Part shown: positions 1-11,778 of the stretch, piece by piece
Position numbering within the stretch: the stretch's first letter is position 1
How the letters are laid out: the number at the start of each line of letters is the position of its first letter
From: an uncultured Rhodoluna sp.
Lineage (GTDB): Bacteria; Actinomycetota; Actinomycetes; Actinomycetales; Microbacteriaceae
Length of the DNA: 50,263 nucleotides
Direction: 5' to 3'
Assembly: GCA_964633625.1 (NCBI GenBank)
Contig: CAZWHL010000003.1
Coordinates: 1-50,263 of the forward strand
Position numbers and translations under genes: made by a program
The notes under the pieces: model-generated
Databases searched by the model: none
Told to the model about the DNA's origin: nothing
The model's input: the letters and a program-made list of their open reading frames with translations, nothing else

Positions 1-268
1 TCACATCGCCAAAGTCCAGCAGAATCCAGCGACCGGTCTCTTTGCCCTCGCGACGCAAGTACTTGATTCCGGCTTCGTGAAGTTTGAGCTCAATTTCGTC
101 GGCAATCGCAGCTACCTGGCGCTCGTTTCTGCCAGATGCCAAAAGGAACACATCAGTAAGCGGCATTGGTTCGGTTACATCAAGGGCAATGATGTTTTCG
201 CCAAGCTTGTCGGCAGCAGCGGCTGCTGCGATGTTCGCTACCTGAATAGCTTTTGGAGTTGCGGTCAC
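1..268 (-). CDS. rsfS: Ribosome silencing factor RsfS (3' end beyond window)
   Basis: Not in ORF track; manual translation from GTG 268: MTATPKAIQVANIAAAAAADKLGENIIALDV...ASGRNERQVAAIADEIE...RREGKETGRWILLDFGDV, the RsfS/Iojap signature; usual position downstream of nadD. Confidence 0.93.
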   Translation of the reverse strand, partial: MTATPKAIQVANIAAAAAADKLGENIIALDVTEPMPLTDVFLLASGRNERQVAAIADEIELKLHEAGIKYLRREGKETGRWILLDFGDV

Positions 269-281
269 TTAGGTCCTTTGT

Positions 282-1205
282 TTACTTCAAGAATCCAAGC
301 ATAAATGCTGCTAGGACCAGACCACCCACGGCGATCATCAAAAGAGATAGGGTCAACACTGCAAATCCAGCGCTCTGCCCCTTGGCGCGCTTGCTTGGCA
401 TGATGCCGATTTTGCCTGCTGTGTTCACAACACCACTAGCGCGAAGTGGCGCAATGGTTGAGACGTAACCGTTTACGCTGTCTTGCGCGATGGCCTCATC
501 TACCTGTGCCGCATCCAAGATGGTTGCGATCTCACCCGTGTTGGTAGAAAGATTCGGAAGTTCAATAGAACCTGTCTTCAGCAACTCACCGGTTTCGGAA
601 ATTGCAATTGAGATTGCATCGAGCGGTTCAAAGTTGTCGATGATGATCGATGCGGTTTGCGGTTCAATGTTCAAGTTTGGTGACACGTCAAAAAGTTGAA
701 CGGCACCGGTGATTGGTTCTTCGGCCTCGCCGAGAACCGGTTCGTAAACCGGAGCAGCGAGAATTGGTGCCTCCGGAGTTTCCGGTGGAGTGACTGGTGC
801 ACCAACGGTTGGTGTCACAACAGTTGGAGTCACAATAACTTGCGCCGGATCAGCCGAGGCTGGTTCGGCAACCTTAGGCGCATATGGATTAACCACTCCT
901 GTGGTGGCTACCTGCGCTACAGATATGCTAGAAACTTGCACGTTGGTTACGGCTGTAGAAACTGCCGATGTGTCATTCTCATCAGTGAGTCGACCCATTT
1001 GCACAAGCTGATTCTTGGTAAGCGGTGGGAAGTTGAATTCGGATTCAACCGGTGCAACTGACTCGGCAACTGCAATCACCTCGGCAGCTGGAACTGAGTT
1101 TTGAGGTAAATCTAATTCAGCAACAGGTTCTTGTGAAAGACCGTTGGTTGCGCGCAACTGCGCCTCGCGTAATTCGCGACGCGACAAAAACGGCCCCTCG
1201 GTCAT
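282..1205 (-). CDS. Hypothetical acidic Pro/Val/Thr-rich protein with a single C-terminal TM anchor
   Basis: 307-aa ORF coupled to nadD (4-nt overlap); N-terminal SRRELRE, low-complexity middle, hydrophobic C-terminus FAVLTLSLLMIAVGGLVLAAFMLG. Confidence 0.75.
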   Translation of the reverse strand: MTEGPFLSRRELREAQLRATNGLSQEPVAELDLPQNSVPAAEVIAVAESVAPVESEFNFPPLTKNQLVQMGRLTDENDTSAVSTAVTNVQVSSISVAQVATTGVVNPYAPKVAEPASADPAQVIVTPTVVTPTVGAPVTPPETPEAPILAAPVYEPVLGEAEEPITGAVQLFDVSPNLNIEPQTASIIIDNFEPLDAISIAISETGELLKTGSIELPNLSTNTGEIATILDAAQVDEAIAQDSVNGYVSTIAPLRASGVVNTAGKIGIMPSKRAKGQSAGFAVLTLSLLMIAVGGLVLAAFMLGFLK

Positions 1206-1798
1206 TTGGTCCCCTGGTCAGAACGGTAAAGTTCATTTTGCTGAATGTAATCAATTACCGACTCGGGCAGCAGGTAATCGATTGGTTTTCCAGCCTTAAC
1301 TCTGGCACGAATATCGGTAGAAGAAATAGCCAATGCAGGAATTTCTAGCAGTGAAACCGCCCCATTGGGTGATTTTGGAACCTCAAGCGAATGCCCAGGA
1401 CGGGTTACACCAACCAGATGGGCCAGTGGCCAAATTTTATCGGCGTCTTTCCAAGTCCCTATCTGTGAAATTGAATCTGCGCCGGTGATAAAAAATAGTT
1501 CGGCTTTTGGATGTTCCGAGGCAATGTCGCGAAGCGTATCAACGGTGTAAGTAGGACCAGGGCGATCAACGTCTACCCTGCTGATATCGAAGTGTTCGTT
1601 GCCGGCGATTGCCAGCTGTGTCATGCGGTATCGGTGTTCAGAATTTGTAATGGTTTGTTTTTGCCAAGGTTCACCGGTTGGCACGAAAATAACTTTGGCT
1701 AAATCAAATGCCGAGGCAACTTCACTAGCTGCAACTAAGTGGCCAAAGTGGATTGGATCGAACGTTCCACCCATCACGCCGAGACGAATTTTGCTCAT
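1202..1798 (-). CDS. nadD: Nicotinate-nucleotide adenylyltransferase
   Basis: GGTFDPIHFGH, FITGADS and ISSTDIR motifs. Confidence 0.97.
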   Translation of the reverse strand: MSKIRLGVMGGTFDPIHFGHLVAASEVASAFDLAKVIFVPTGEPWQKQTITNSEHRYRMTQLAIAGNEHFDISRVDVDRPGPTYTVDTLRDIASEHPKAELFFITGADSISQIGTWKDADKIWPLAHLVGVTRPGHSLEVPKSPNGAVSLLEIPALAISSTDIRARVKAGKPIDYLLPESVIDYIQQNELYRSDQGTK

Positions 1799-1821
1799 GC
1801 GAGAAAAGACCTAGGTGACTC

Positions 1822-1998
1822 CTAGTGGTGAGCCTTAGAATCGTCTATCTTGTGCTCGTGGCGGTTAGCAACATCGCGGTAAGACCAGGTGATCACACCC
1901 AAAAGAATGAATGTTCCGATGGCAATAACGCCGAACCAGAATGAAGGGAATGGCAGAACCACGAATGGCTCTTCAGCCGCTGCAAGAATTGCGTTCAT
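1822..1998 (-). CDS. Small 58-aa membrane protein
   Basis: Below ORF-track cutoff; MNAILAAAEEPFVVLPFPSFWFGVIAIGTFILLGVITWSYRDVANRHEHKIDDSKAHH; AGGAG RBS upstream; one TM helix. Confidence 0.8.
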   Translation of the reverse strand: MNAILAAAEEPFVVLPFPSFWFGVIAIGTFILLGVITWSYRDVANRHEHKIDDSKAHH

Positions 1999-2055
1999 TA
2001 TTTCTCCTAAGAACTAGTTCCAGAATAACCTAGGCCAAGGCCCGTTTGCGGGTAA

Positions 2056-3303
2056 TTAGGCCCTAACCTGACCAGATCCGCGCACCAACCACTTGGTTGT
2101 GGTCAACTCTGGCAGCCCCATTGGCCCACGAGCGTGTAATTTCTGGGTTGAGATGCCAACTTCAGCACCAAATCCGAATTCGCCACCGTCGGTGAATCGG
2201 GTTGACGCGTTGACCATAACGGTCGAGGCATCAACCTCAGCCAGGAATCGTTCGGCGTTTTCAACGTTTTCGGTGATGATCGATTCGGTGTGCTTGGTCG
2301 AGTACTTATTGATGTGCGCTAGTGCCTCGTCCAAGTTCTTAACTACCTTCACCGATATGTCGAGGTCGTGGTACTCGGTGGCCCAGTCCTCTTCAGTTGC
2401 CGGAACAGTGGCAAAGAAGTTTGCCTGAGTTGCTTCATCACCGTGAATTGTCACGCCTGATTCAGCGAGCTTGTCTAGCACCGCCGGAAGAATGCGCTCA
2501 ACCGCCGATTCGTGAATCAACAGAGTCTCGGCTGCGTTGCAAACGCTTGGTCGTTGAACCTTGGCGTTGTGCACAATGTCGACTGACCAATCCAAACGTG
2601 CAGATTCGTCGATGAAGATGTGCACCACACCATCACCGGTTTGAATTACCGGAACCTTGGCTTCTTGCACAACCTGCTGAATCAAACCGGCTCCGCCGCG
2701 TGGGATCAAAACGTCGATCAGACCAACTGCCTGCATCATCACGGTACCGCCATCACGGCCAAATTCATCCACGGTCTGCACGGCATCTGATTCAATTCCA
2801 GCAATCGCCAGTGCATCCTGAAGTAGTTTCACCAAAACTTTGTTGGTGTTCTCGGCCGCACGGCCACCGCGCAACACAACCGCATTGCCGCTCTTGATTG
2901 CCAGCACCGCAATGTCAATAGTTACATTTGGGCGTGCTTCATAAATCACACCGATAAGCCCAAGCGGCACACGAACCTGGGTAAGCTTCAACGCGTTTGG
3001 TAAGGACATTCCACGTATCACGTCACCGATTGGATCTGGCAGGCTGATGATTTTCAAAACCGCATCGGAAATTGCCGCGATGCGTTCGTGGTTAAGACGA
3101 AGACGGTCCTGCAGACTCTCTGTCATTGAGTCTGCTTGACCGTTGGCAATATCAATATTGTTTGCCACAATAATTTCGTCGGCACGAGCATTTAGCAAAA
3201 GAGCGATCTGGCGCAGTGCCTCATTCTTAGTAGCCGTTGGCGCTTGAGCCAAAGATCTTGCAGCGGCCTTTGCTAATTTAATTTTGTCGATTGCAGTAGT
3301 CAT
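2056..3303 (-). CDS. proA: Gamma-glutamyl phosphate reductase
   Basis: IYEARPNVT, SVCNAAET, NASTRFTDGGEFGFGAEVGISTQKLHARGPMGL. Confidence 0.97.
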   Translation of the reverse strand: MTTAIDKIKLAKAAARSLAQAPTATKNEALRQIALLLNARADEIIVANNIDIANGQADSMTESLQDRLRLNHERIAAISDAVLKIISLPDPIGDVIRGMSLPNALKLTQVRVPLGLIGVIYEARPNVTIDIAVLAIKSGNAVVLRGGRAAENTNKVLVKLLQDALAIAGIESDAVQTVDEFGRDGGTVMMQAVGLIDVLIPRGGAGLIQQVVQEAKVPVIQTGDGVVHIFIDESARLDWSVDIVHNAKVQRPSVCNAAETLLIHESAVERILPAVLDKLAESGVTIHGDEATQANFFATVPATEEDWATEYHDLDISVKVVKNLDEALAHINKYSTKHTESIITENVENAERFLAEVDASTVMVNASTRFTDGGEFGFGAEVGISTQKLHARGPMGLPELTTTKWLVRGSGQVRA

Positions 3304-4079
3304 TATCGTCCTTCGAACCAGGTGCCAATATCGGCACCATCTAGCGCAGAAGAAACTTGATCGGTGTTGGTAAGCAATACGCTTACCCCTGCCTCTGTGG
3401 CAACTTTTGCGGCTGAAACTTTAGTGACTGCACCCCCGGTGCCAACATTTGTACTGCTTCCACCAATTTCCACACCGCCAAGATCTTCACCGAACTTCAC
3501 GGTGTGAATACGAGTTGCGCCTGCTTTGGTTGGTGGCATGTCGTAGAGCGCGTCAACATCGCTAAGCAGAACCAGTGCATCGGCATCAACCAAAACTGCA
3601 ACCAGTGCAGCAAGTCGGTCGTTGTCGCCAAATTTAATTTCGTGGGTAGCCACGGTGTCGTTTTCGTTCACGATAGGCAGTGCACGAAGCTTTACCAAAC
3701 GATCCAGGGTTGCCTTGGCATTCTTACGGGTTTCTTCATCTTCAAAATCGCCGGCGGTAAGCAATACCTGGCCAACGATGATTGAGTACTTGTCAAGTGA
3801 TTCTTGGTAGCGCGCAATAAGTTTGCTCTGACCCACCGAAGCCAGTGCCTGTACGGTAGCTAAGTCATCAGGACGGGCGTCAAGGTTAAAAATTGGCAGC
3901 GCGGTGGCAATTGCGCCAGAAGTTACCAGAATGATTTCAGTACCGCGAGCGTGCGCTTTCGCTAACGCCTCAACCAAGAAATCAATCTTGTTTGCATTTT
4001 CACCACTGATTGATGACGAGCCAACCTTAACGACAACTCGCTTGGCGTTTGCCAACTCGCTTCTGTCTCTAAGAGTCAA
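3303..4079 (-). CDS. proB: Glutamate 5-kinase (short form without PUA domain)
   Basis: VVKVGSS, TSGAI, NENDTV, FGDNDRLAA, GTGGAVTK; adjacent to proA. Confidence 0.96.
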   Translation of the reverse strand: MTLRDRSELANAKRVVVKVGSSSISGENANKIDFLVEALAKAHARGTEIILVTSGAIATALPIFNLDARPDDLATVQALASVGQSKLIARYQESLDKYSIIVGQVLLTAGDFEDEETRKNAKATLDRLVKLRALPIVNENDTVATHEIKFGDNDRLAALVAVLVDADALVLLSDVDALYDMPPTKAGATRIHTVKFGEDLGGVEIGGSSTNVGTGGAVTKVSAAKVATEAGVSVLLTNTDQVSSALDGADIGTWFEGR

Positions 4080-5609
<1,530 letters not shown>

Positions 5610-5656
5610 CTAGTTTGACTTTCTATTTTGGTTTGAATGTGTTTCAGAAACAGGAA

Positions 5657-5677
5657 AGGCGAGCCAAAGGCTCGCCT
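5657..5677 (-). terminator. Intrinsic terminator after rplU-rpmA
   Basis: AGGCGAGCC-AAA-GGCTCGCCT 9-bp stem, followed on the minus strand by TTCCTGTTT. Confidence 0.7.
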
Positions 5678-5697
5678 CCCGAAAAATTGTTTGAACC

Positions 5698-5952
5698 TTA
5701 CGCGGCCTCAACGATGTTTACAACGCGACGGCCACCCTTGGTGCCAAACTCAACCTTGCCGGCTGCAAGCGCAAACAAGGTGTCGTCCTTGCCCTTGCCA
5801 ATGTTTGCACCGGGGTGGAAGTGAGTGCCGCGCTGACGAACGATGATTTCGCCTGCGTTTACTTCTTGACCTGCGTAACGCTTAACGCCTAGGCGCTGTG
5901 CGTTTGAGTCGCGGCCGTTACGGGTGGAACTAACACCTTTTTTGGAAGCCAT
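5698..5952 (-). CDS. rpmA: 50S ribosomal protein L27
   Basis: [30 protein letters not shown]. Confidence 0.99.
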   Translation of the reverse strand: MASKKGVSSTRNGRDSNAQRLGVKRYAGQEVNAGEIIVRQRGTHFHPGANIGKGKDDTLFALAAGKVEFGTKGGRRVVNIVEAA

Positions 5953-5966
5953 TTTGAGTCAGTCCT

Positions 5967-6275
5967 TTACTTAATCTCTTTGACCTGAACGCGAGTAAGG
6001 TCTGCACGGAAACCCTGACGCTTCTTGTAACCGGTCTTGTTCTTGTACTTCTGGATGATGATCTTTGGACCACGTAGATCGTTTAGAACTTCAGCGGTGA
6101 CCTTAACCTTTGCAAGCGCTGCTGCATCGGTTGTGACCTTGTCGCCGTCAACTAGAAGAAGAGCTGGAAGCTCAATCTTTCCGTTGGCGTCAGCCTTAAC
6201 ACGGTCGAGAGTTACGATGGTGCCTACTGACACCTTCTCTTGACGGCCGCCTGCGCGGACTACTGCGTAAACCAC
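5967..6275 (-). CDS. rplU: 50S ribosomal protein L21
   Basis: [28 protein letters not shown]. Confidence 0.99.
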   Translation of the reverse strand: MVYAVVRAGGRQEKVSVGTIVTLDRVKADANGKIELPALLLVDGDKVTTDAAALAKVKVTAEVLNDLRGPKIIIQKYKNKTGYKKRQGFRADLTRVQVKEIK

Positions 6276-6394
6276 AGATCTACCCTTTGTTCGAAAGTCT
6301 TATTTTTGTTGCTCTTGCGTAAACCCAGCAGGCAACGAGGATTTAGTCTACATTGCCAATTTGCTGGGGTCAAACCGTTTTAGCCAGTATTTTG

Positions 6395-8647
6395 CTAGCC
6401 GGCAGACACATTTCCGCCGCTTGTAGCCCTGCGAGGCTTGCGACGACCCTGACCAGGTGCTTTAGGTTCAGGCAGCGCATCCAGCACGGCTTCCAAAGTC
6501 TTTTCGGCAGCAGCACCGATATCGGTGTTGGCGCCTGAATCCCCCGCTGACTTGGCTACCGGCAAGACAATTGGCGAGCTTTCGCCTGCTGCCTCATGAG
6601 CCGCAACGGTCGAGGCCGCGATCTGGGTCATAACGTTGTTGATTTCCACGGCGCGCTCGGCAGTAACGACCTTGACGGTCTCCTGCTTCTGGTTGCGGTC
6701 GCGGTTCTTCTTTTTGTTGTTGCCCTGATTCTGCTGTGGCTTCTGATCGTCCGGCGCACTGTGCTTTGAACGCATGATTGGCTCGTGGTGCACGATCACG
6801 CCGCGACTGGCACACGCCTCGCATGGCTCGCTAAACGCCTCAAGAAGGCCAATACCAAGCTTTTTGCGGGTCATCTGCACCAAACCAAGGGAGGTAACTT
6901 CAGCTACCTGGTGCTTAGTGCGGTCGCGACTTAGGCATTCCATAAGTCGGCGCTGAACTAGGTCGCGGTTTGACTCCAAAACCATGTCGATGAAGTCCAC
7001 AACGATAATTCCGCCGATATCGCGCAGGCGTAGCTGGCGGACGATTTCTTCAGCAGCTTCAAGATTGTTCTTGGTCACGGTCTCTTCAAGGTTTCCACCC
7101 GAACCAACAAATTTTCCGGTGTTCACGTCAACTACGGTCATGGCCTCGGTGCGGTCAATAACTAGCGAACCACCTGAAGGTAGGTAAACCTTGCGCTCAA
7201 GTGCCTTGGCAATCTGTTCACCAACGCGGTATTCGTCGAAGACATCTTTGTGACCCTCATGCTTAACCACGCGCTCAAGTAGATCTGGAGCAACGGAGGC
7301 TAGGTACTCCTCGATTACTTCGCGAGCGTCATCACCAGAGATAACCATCTTCTGGAAGTCTTCGTTGAAGACGTCACGAACGATCTTGACCAAAAGATCT
7401 GGCTCGCTGTGCAGCAGTGCAGGTGCCTGACCCTTTTCAACCTTCTTGCTGATGGCTTCCCACTGCTGCTGCAAACGTTGAACATCAAGAGTCAACTGTT
7501 CTTCAGTAGCACCCTCGGCAGCGGTGCGAACAATCACACCGGCATCTTCAGGAAGGATCTCTTTCAAAATTTTCTTTAGGCGCGCACGCTCTGAATCTGG
7601 CAGCTTGCGTGAGATTCCGTTCATTGAACCGTTTGGTACGTAAACCAGGTAGCGACCAGGAAGTGAAATCTGACTGGTGAGACGGGCACCCTTTTGACCT
7701 ACCGGATCTTTCGTTACCTGAACTAGAACGGTGTCACCGGACTTCAGCGCCAACTCAATGCGACGAGGCTGGTTTCCGGTTTCGGCAAGCTCCCAGTCAA
7801 CTTCGCCAGAGTAAAGCACGGCATTGCGACCGCGACCAACATCAACGAACGCGGCTTCCATTGAAGGAAGAACGTTTTGAACCTTACCCAGGTAAACGTT
7901 GCCGATGAGCGAAGCCTCTGAAGCCTTGGCTACATAGTGCTCAACCAAAATTCCGTCTTCGAGCACACCAATTTGAATCTTGCCGTCTTTTGAACGAACC
8001 ACCATTGTGCGATCGACTGCTTCACGACGAGCCAAAAATTCTGACTCGGTGATGGTTGTGCGGCGACGTCCGGCATCGCGACCGTCACGGCGGCGCTGCT
8101 TCTTTGCCTCAAGACGAGTTGAACCTTTTACGCGTGTTGGCTCATTGCTTGGCGCCTTAGGCTCGCGTGGAGTGCGCACCTTTACTACAACATTAGGTGC
8201 TGAGTTTGGATCAATGTCTACTGCTTCACCGGCACGTCGGCGTGAGCGACGGCGCAGGTGTGAGTCATCTGAATTCTTGTCGTTGGCAATCCCCTTAGCC
8301 GAAACCTTTGGAGTCGGAAGATCTGGTGCCATAAACATAAGTGAGGTTGCAGAGACCGGGGCAGTAAAAGTAGGTGCTTTGGTTTCTTCTGTTTGAGAAG
8401 GTTCATCTGCTTTGGTTTTTGCGCCGCGCTTAGCCACAACTTTTTTCGGAGTCTTCTTGGTAGCCTTCTCGACAACCTCGTCAACTGAAGCCGGAGCTTT
8501 CTCTGCCTTTGCCTTTGGCGCCTTCTTGATTAACGACTTCTTTTCGGCAGCCGGTGTATCGGTTGCGGTCTTTTTAGGTGCGCGTGCGCGAGTCGATTTT
8601 TTTTCAGTTTCCTCTGCAGGTACGTTCGAATCTTCGTTTTTCACCAT
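6395..8647 (-). CDS. rne: Ribonuclease E/G with disordered N- and C-terminal extensions
   Basis: GNVYLGKVQNVLPSMEAAFVD, VDVNTG, RQLRLRDIGGIIVVDFIDM, CEAC Zn-link. Confidence 0.96.
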   Translation of the reverse strand: MVKNEDSNVPAEETEKKSTRARAPKKTATDTPAAEKKSLIKKAPKAKAEKAPASVDEVVEKATKKTPKKVVAKRGAKTKADEPSQTEETKAPTFTAPVSATSLMFMAPDLPTPKVSAKGIANDKNSDDSHLRRRSRRRAGEAVDIDPNSAPNVVVKVRTPREPKAPSNEPTRVKGSTRLEAKKQRRRDGRDAGRRRTTITESEFLARREAVDRTMVVRSKDGKIQIGVLEDGILVEHYVAKASEASLIGNVYLGKVQNVLPSMEAAFVDVGRGRNAVLYSGEVDWELAETGNQPRRIELALKSGDTVLVQVTKDPVGQKGARLTSQISLPGRYLVYVPNGSMNGISRKLPDSERARLKKILKEILPEDAGVIVRTAAEGATEEQLTLDVQRLQQQWEAISKKVEKGQAPALLHSEPDLLVKIVRDVFNEDFQKMVISGDDAREVIEEYLASVAPDLLERVVKHEGHKDVFDEYRVGEQIAKALERKVYLPSGGSLVIDRTEAMTVVDVNTGKFVGSGGNLEETVTKNNLEAAEEIVRQLRLRDIGGIIVVDFIDMVLESNRDLVQRRLMECLSRDRTKHQVAEVTSLGLVQMTRKKLGIGLLEAFSEPCEACASRGVIVHHEPIMRSKHSAPDDQKPQQNQGNNKKKNRDRNQKQETVKVVTAERAVEINNVMTQIAASTVAAHEAAGESSPIVLPVAKSAGDSGANTDIGAAAEKTLEAVLDALPEPKAPGQGRRKPRRATSGGNVSAG

Positions 8648-8871
8648 TTCTGGTGCACTCCAAGCTGCCTCACCTAGGCCACACTCACTAGGCCCTAAGG
8701 CGTAAATCCCTGTTGCCCACGTTTGTGAACAACCAAAACTAACGGCGAGCTACTCGTATTGCGACTATCGCTGCCCGATTGGCCAAAGGATGACCTGGTC
8801 TTATGCGTTCTAAGTGCTTGGTACTCGCTAAATCTTTAGTCGATCCCGGTGTGGCGGGTTCAACTTCTCTA

Positions 8872-8919
8872 AGTATGACACCTGCCCCCTGAAAAGTCAT
8901 CAAATGAGCGTGTCATACT
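8872..8919. promoter_or_regulatory. Back-to-back extended -10 promoters (TGT-CATACT) for rne and the VKOR gene
   Basis: Perfect 10-bp inverted repeat AGTATGACAC (8872-8881) / GTGTCATACT (8910-8919); each arm reads TGn-CATACT toward its gene. Confidence 0.6.
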
Positions 8920-8925
8920 GGGTTG

Positions 8926-9561
8926 GTGAACACCGATATCAAGGCTGGAACCCAGTCAAACGGCATTACTTTAGAGCCAACCCGCGGGTTTGCTATCACC
9001 CTGATCTGGACAGGAATTCTTGGCTGGATTGCGGCTTTCGCCCTGGTTTTAGAGCGAATTCACGTAGCCTCCAACCCTGATGCCGTTTTGAGCTGCGACC
9101 TAAACCCTTTTATCTCTTGTAAATCGGTGATGCTCACTGCACAGGCATCGCTCTTTGGATTCCCTAATCCCCTGATTGGTCTTGCTGCATTTGTGGCACC
9201 GATTTCGGTTGGTGTGGCCATTCTCGCCGGAGCGAAATTTGCAGCATGGTTCTGGAGAATTTTTTCATTTGGAATCACTCTTGGGTTCTTGTTTGTGCTT
9301 TGGCTTTGGACCCAAAGCACATTCGTGATTGGCGTGCTTTGCCCTTACTGCATGGTTGCGTGGGCTGCGATGGTGCCGTTGTTTTGGAAAGTGATCTTGT
9401 TCGGAACTAAAGATGGCTTCATAGATACGCCACTTAGATTTGTTGGCTTCTTTGACACCGCCTATGACAAGGCTTGGGTTTTCACTTTGGCCACTGAGGC
9501 AATCATCGTTGCTGTAATCATCGCTCGCTTCTGGACGAGCTGGCCTTCGCTCTGGAACTAG
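8926..9561 (+). CDS. Vitamin K epoxide reductase (VKOR) family membrane protein
   Basis: SCDLNPFISC loop cysteines, FGFPNP, CPYC redox motif; GTG 8926 preferred over TTG 8923 because it lies 6 nt after the -10. Confidence 0.93.
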   Translation: MNTDIKAGTQSNGITLEPTRGFAITLIWTGILGWIAAFALVLERIHVASNPDAVLSCDLNPFISCKSVMLTAQASLFGFPNPLIGLAAFVAPISVGVAILAGAKFAAWFWRIFSFGITLGFLFVLWLWTQSTFVIGVLCPYCMVAWAAMVPLFWKVILFGTKDGFIDTPLRFVGFFDTAYDKAWVFTLATEAIIVAVIIARFWTSWPSLWN

Positions 9562-9636
9562 AACGCGATTAAAACCACATCTAAATTCGTTTTCGAAATT
9601 AGATCAGAACCACAGCGGTTTGCTCGCGAACCGCGT

Positions 9637-10047
9637 TTAAAACCAGAGCGCAAGTTCGCGCGCAGCCGACTCTTCTGAGTCGGAACCGTGCACGAGGTTC
9701 TGCTGAACCTTCAAACCCCAGTCGCGACCAAGGTCGCCACGAATAGTTCCAGGCGCTGCCATGGTTGGGTCCGTTGCGCCTGCAAGTGAACGGAATCCCT
9801 CGATTACTCGGTGCCCCTCAAGCTTGATTGCAACCACGTCGCCGCTTGACATGAATTCAACCAGTGGCTCGAAGAATGGCTTTCCCTCGTGCTCGGCGTA
9901 GTGTTCATGTAAAAGTGCGGTTGTTGGAGTGAACTTCTTTAGGTCGGCTACAACATAACCCTTGGCTTCTAGACGAGAAATAATCTCACCAATCAGATTG
10001 CGCTTAACTGCATCTGGCTTTAGTAGTACAAGAGTTTGTTGCGACAT
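9637..10047 (-). CDS. ndk: Nucleoside diphosphate kinase
   Basis: LLKPDAV, PGTIRGD, NLVHGSDS. Confidence 0.98.
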   Translation of the reverse strand: MSQQTLVLLKPDAVKRNLIGEIISRLEAKGYVVADLKKFTPTTALLHEHYAEHEGKPFFEPLVEFMSSGDVVAIKLEGHRVIEGFRSLAGATDPTMAAPGTIRGDLGRDWGLKVQQNLVHGSDSEESAARELALWF

Positions 10048-10412
10048 TACTGCTCCTCCGAATTTGCCTGGCGCTCTAGTGCCGCGCGTGCTTTATCAAT
10101 TGTGCCACCGGCAATCATTGCCCAGGCCCATAGACATACAAAAATTCCACCGATCACATACATCAACGGAACCCAGATTCCCAACGCAACCACAACTAGC
10201 TGCAGAAACCAACCCCAACCATAAGAAAACTTTTTACCAAGGATTGCCGGGGTAAGAATTAACAAGAACGAGAGTGAAAGCCCGATCGCCCAAACTGTTG
10301 GGCCGTCAGCAACCTTGAGACCAAAGGCAACCAGCATTGCAAAGAAAACCACGAATGATTCAAATGCCATCAGCATCGAACCCAAAGTTCGCTTAGTTGA
10401 TTTATTACGCAT
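10047..10412 (-). CDS. Small membrane protein (DUF4233-like)
   Basis: Four hydrophobic segments, GWFLQ motif, usual actinobacterial position between folC and ndk. Confidence 0.8.
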   Translation of the reverse strand: MRNKSTKRTLGSMLMAFESFVVFFAMLVAFGLKVADGPTVWAIGLSLSFLLILTPAILGKKFSYGWGWFLQLVVVALGIWVPLMYVIGGIFVCLWAWAMIAGGTIDKARAALERQANSEEQ

Positions 10413-11778
10413 CTTGCTCCGCCTCTATTTGCTTCATCTTTAGTACTTGACCAACCAAGGTGACCGAACCGGTAACCACGATTGCGTTGCCCAGCGTTGC
10501 CGGCAATAACTTACCTGCATCGGCTAGCGCCCGCTGCGGGTTGGCCTGAACGTGAACGCGGTCGCCGCCAAAAACATCGCGAGCGAGTTCGGCGAGCTCT
10601 TCAGCAGGAATGGCACGGGGGGATTCGGATTGGGTGATTACAAACTCTACAAAAGTGTCATCCAAAATTTCTAGCAGGGCGCGCGCGTTCTTCTCGGCAA
10701 GGATGGAGACCACTGCAACAGCATATGGAGCACCAAAGGACTCTTTCATTGCCTTGACCAGTGACATTGCGCCATCTTCGTTGTGCGCTGCATCAAGAAT
10801 GGTTAGCGGCTCGCGGCTAACTATCTGCAAACGACCAGGCGATGAGAAATCGGCAAATGAGGCCCGAACCACGTCATCCATGATGCGCTGCTCACCGCCA
10901 CCAAGAAACGCTTCAACCGCAGCAACCGCAAGCGCAGCATTCTGCGATTGGTACTCACCGTGCACCGGAAGATTCAGGTCTTGATATTCACCGGCTAAAG
11001 AACGAACCGATACCGTTTGGCCCAGTTTGTTTAACTCAGTTGCAGTTACTACAAAATCTTTTCCATAGGTGAAGAACTTCTCACCCACCGCTGCAGCGCG
11101 CTCGCCGATAACCTTAAGCGCCTCCGAAGGCTGTTCGGCACTCAGCACGATTGCATCAGGCTTAATGATGCCGGCTTTGGTTCTTGCAATCTCCTCGATG
11201 GTCTCACCTAGGCGATCCATGTGATCAAGCGAGATTGGCGTGAATACCGCAACATCACCGTCGGCAACGTTAGTTGAATCCCACTCGCCGCCCATACCAA
11301 CTTCTAGCACCAAAACATCAACCGGTGCATCGGCAAAAATTGCGAAGCCAAGTACGGCTAGAACTTCAAAAAAAGTTAGTGGGTCTTCCCCGGCGGCAGA
11401 AAGTTCGGCATCAACCAAACTAACGATTGGTTCGATTTCTGTCCACACGTTGTAAAGACGTTCATCAGAAACCGGTTCACCATCAAGCGACATGCGCTCA
11501 TTTAGATTTACTAAGTGTGGGCTGGTGAAACGACCGGTGCGTAAACCGTGTTCGCGAAGCAGGCGTTCAATAAATCTGCTGGTGCTGGTTTTACCGTTAG
11601 TTCCGGTTACGTGAATTACTCGGTAGGCCTTTTGCGGGTCTCCAAGCAGTTCGGCTAAGCGTGAAGTTGGTTCAATGCGTGGGCGAATCTTATTTTCAGG
11701 AACGCGAGCAAGCAGCGCAACTTCGACCTCTTTAGCTTTCAGGGCCCAGTAGTGCTCTTCGCTTAGGTTTTCAATCAC
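10405..11778 (-). CDS. folC: Folylpolyglutamate synthase/dihydrofolate synthase
   Basis: [34 protein letters not shown]. Confidence 0.96.
   Translation of the reverse strand: MIENLSEEHYWALKAKEVEVALLARVPENKIRPRIEPTSRLAELLGDPQKAYRVIHVTGTNGKTSTSRFIERLLREHGLRTGRFTSPHLVNLNERMSLDGEPVSDERLYNVWTEIEPIVSLVDAELSAAGEDPLTFFEVLAVLGFAIFADAPVDVLVLEVGMGGEWDSTNVADGDVAVFTPISLDHMDRLGETIEEIARTKAGIIKPDAIVLSAEQPSEALKVIGERAAAVGEKFFTYGKDFVVTATELNKLGQTVSVRSLAGEYQDLNLPVHGEYQSQNAALAVAAVEAFLGGGEQRIMDDVVRASFADFSSPGRLQIVSREPLTILDAAHNEDGAMSLVKAMKESFGAPYAVAVVSILAEKNARALLEILDDTFVEFVITQSESPRAIPAEELAELARDVFGGDRVHVQANPQRALADAGKLLPATLGNAIVVTGSVTLVGQVLKMKQIEAEQDA

Noticed and set aside
77-468. Plus-strand ORFs 77-304 and 253-468
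   Set aside because: Antisense shadows of rsfS and the adjacent gene; no motifs
3303-4079. ProB lacking the PUA domain as a possible pseudogene
   Set aside because: Kinase domain is complete and coupled to proA; PUA-less ProB is a known natural form
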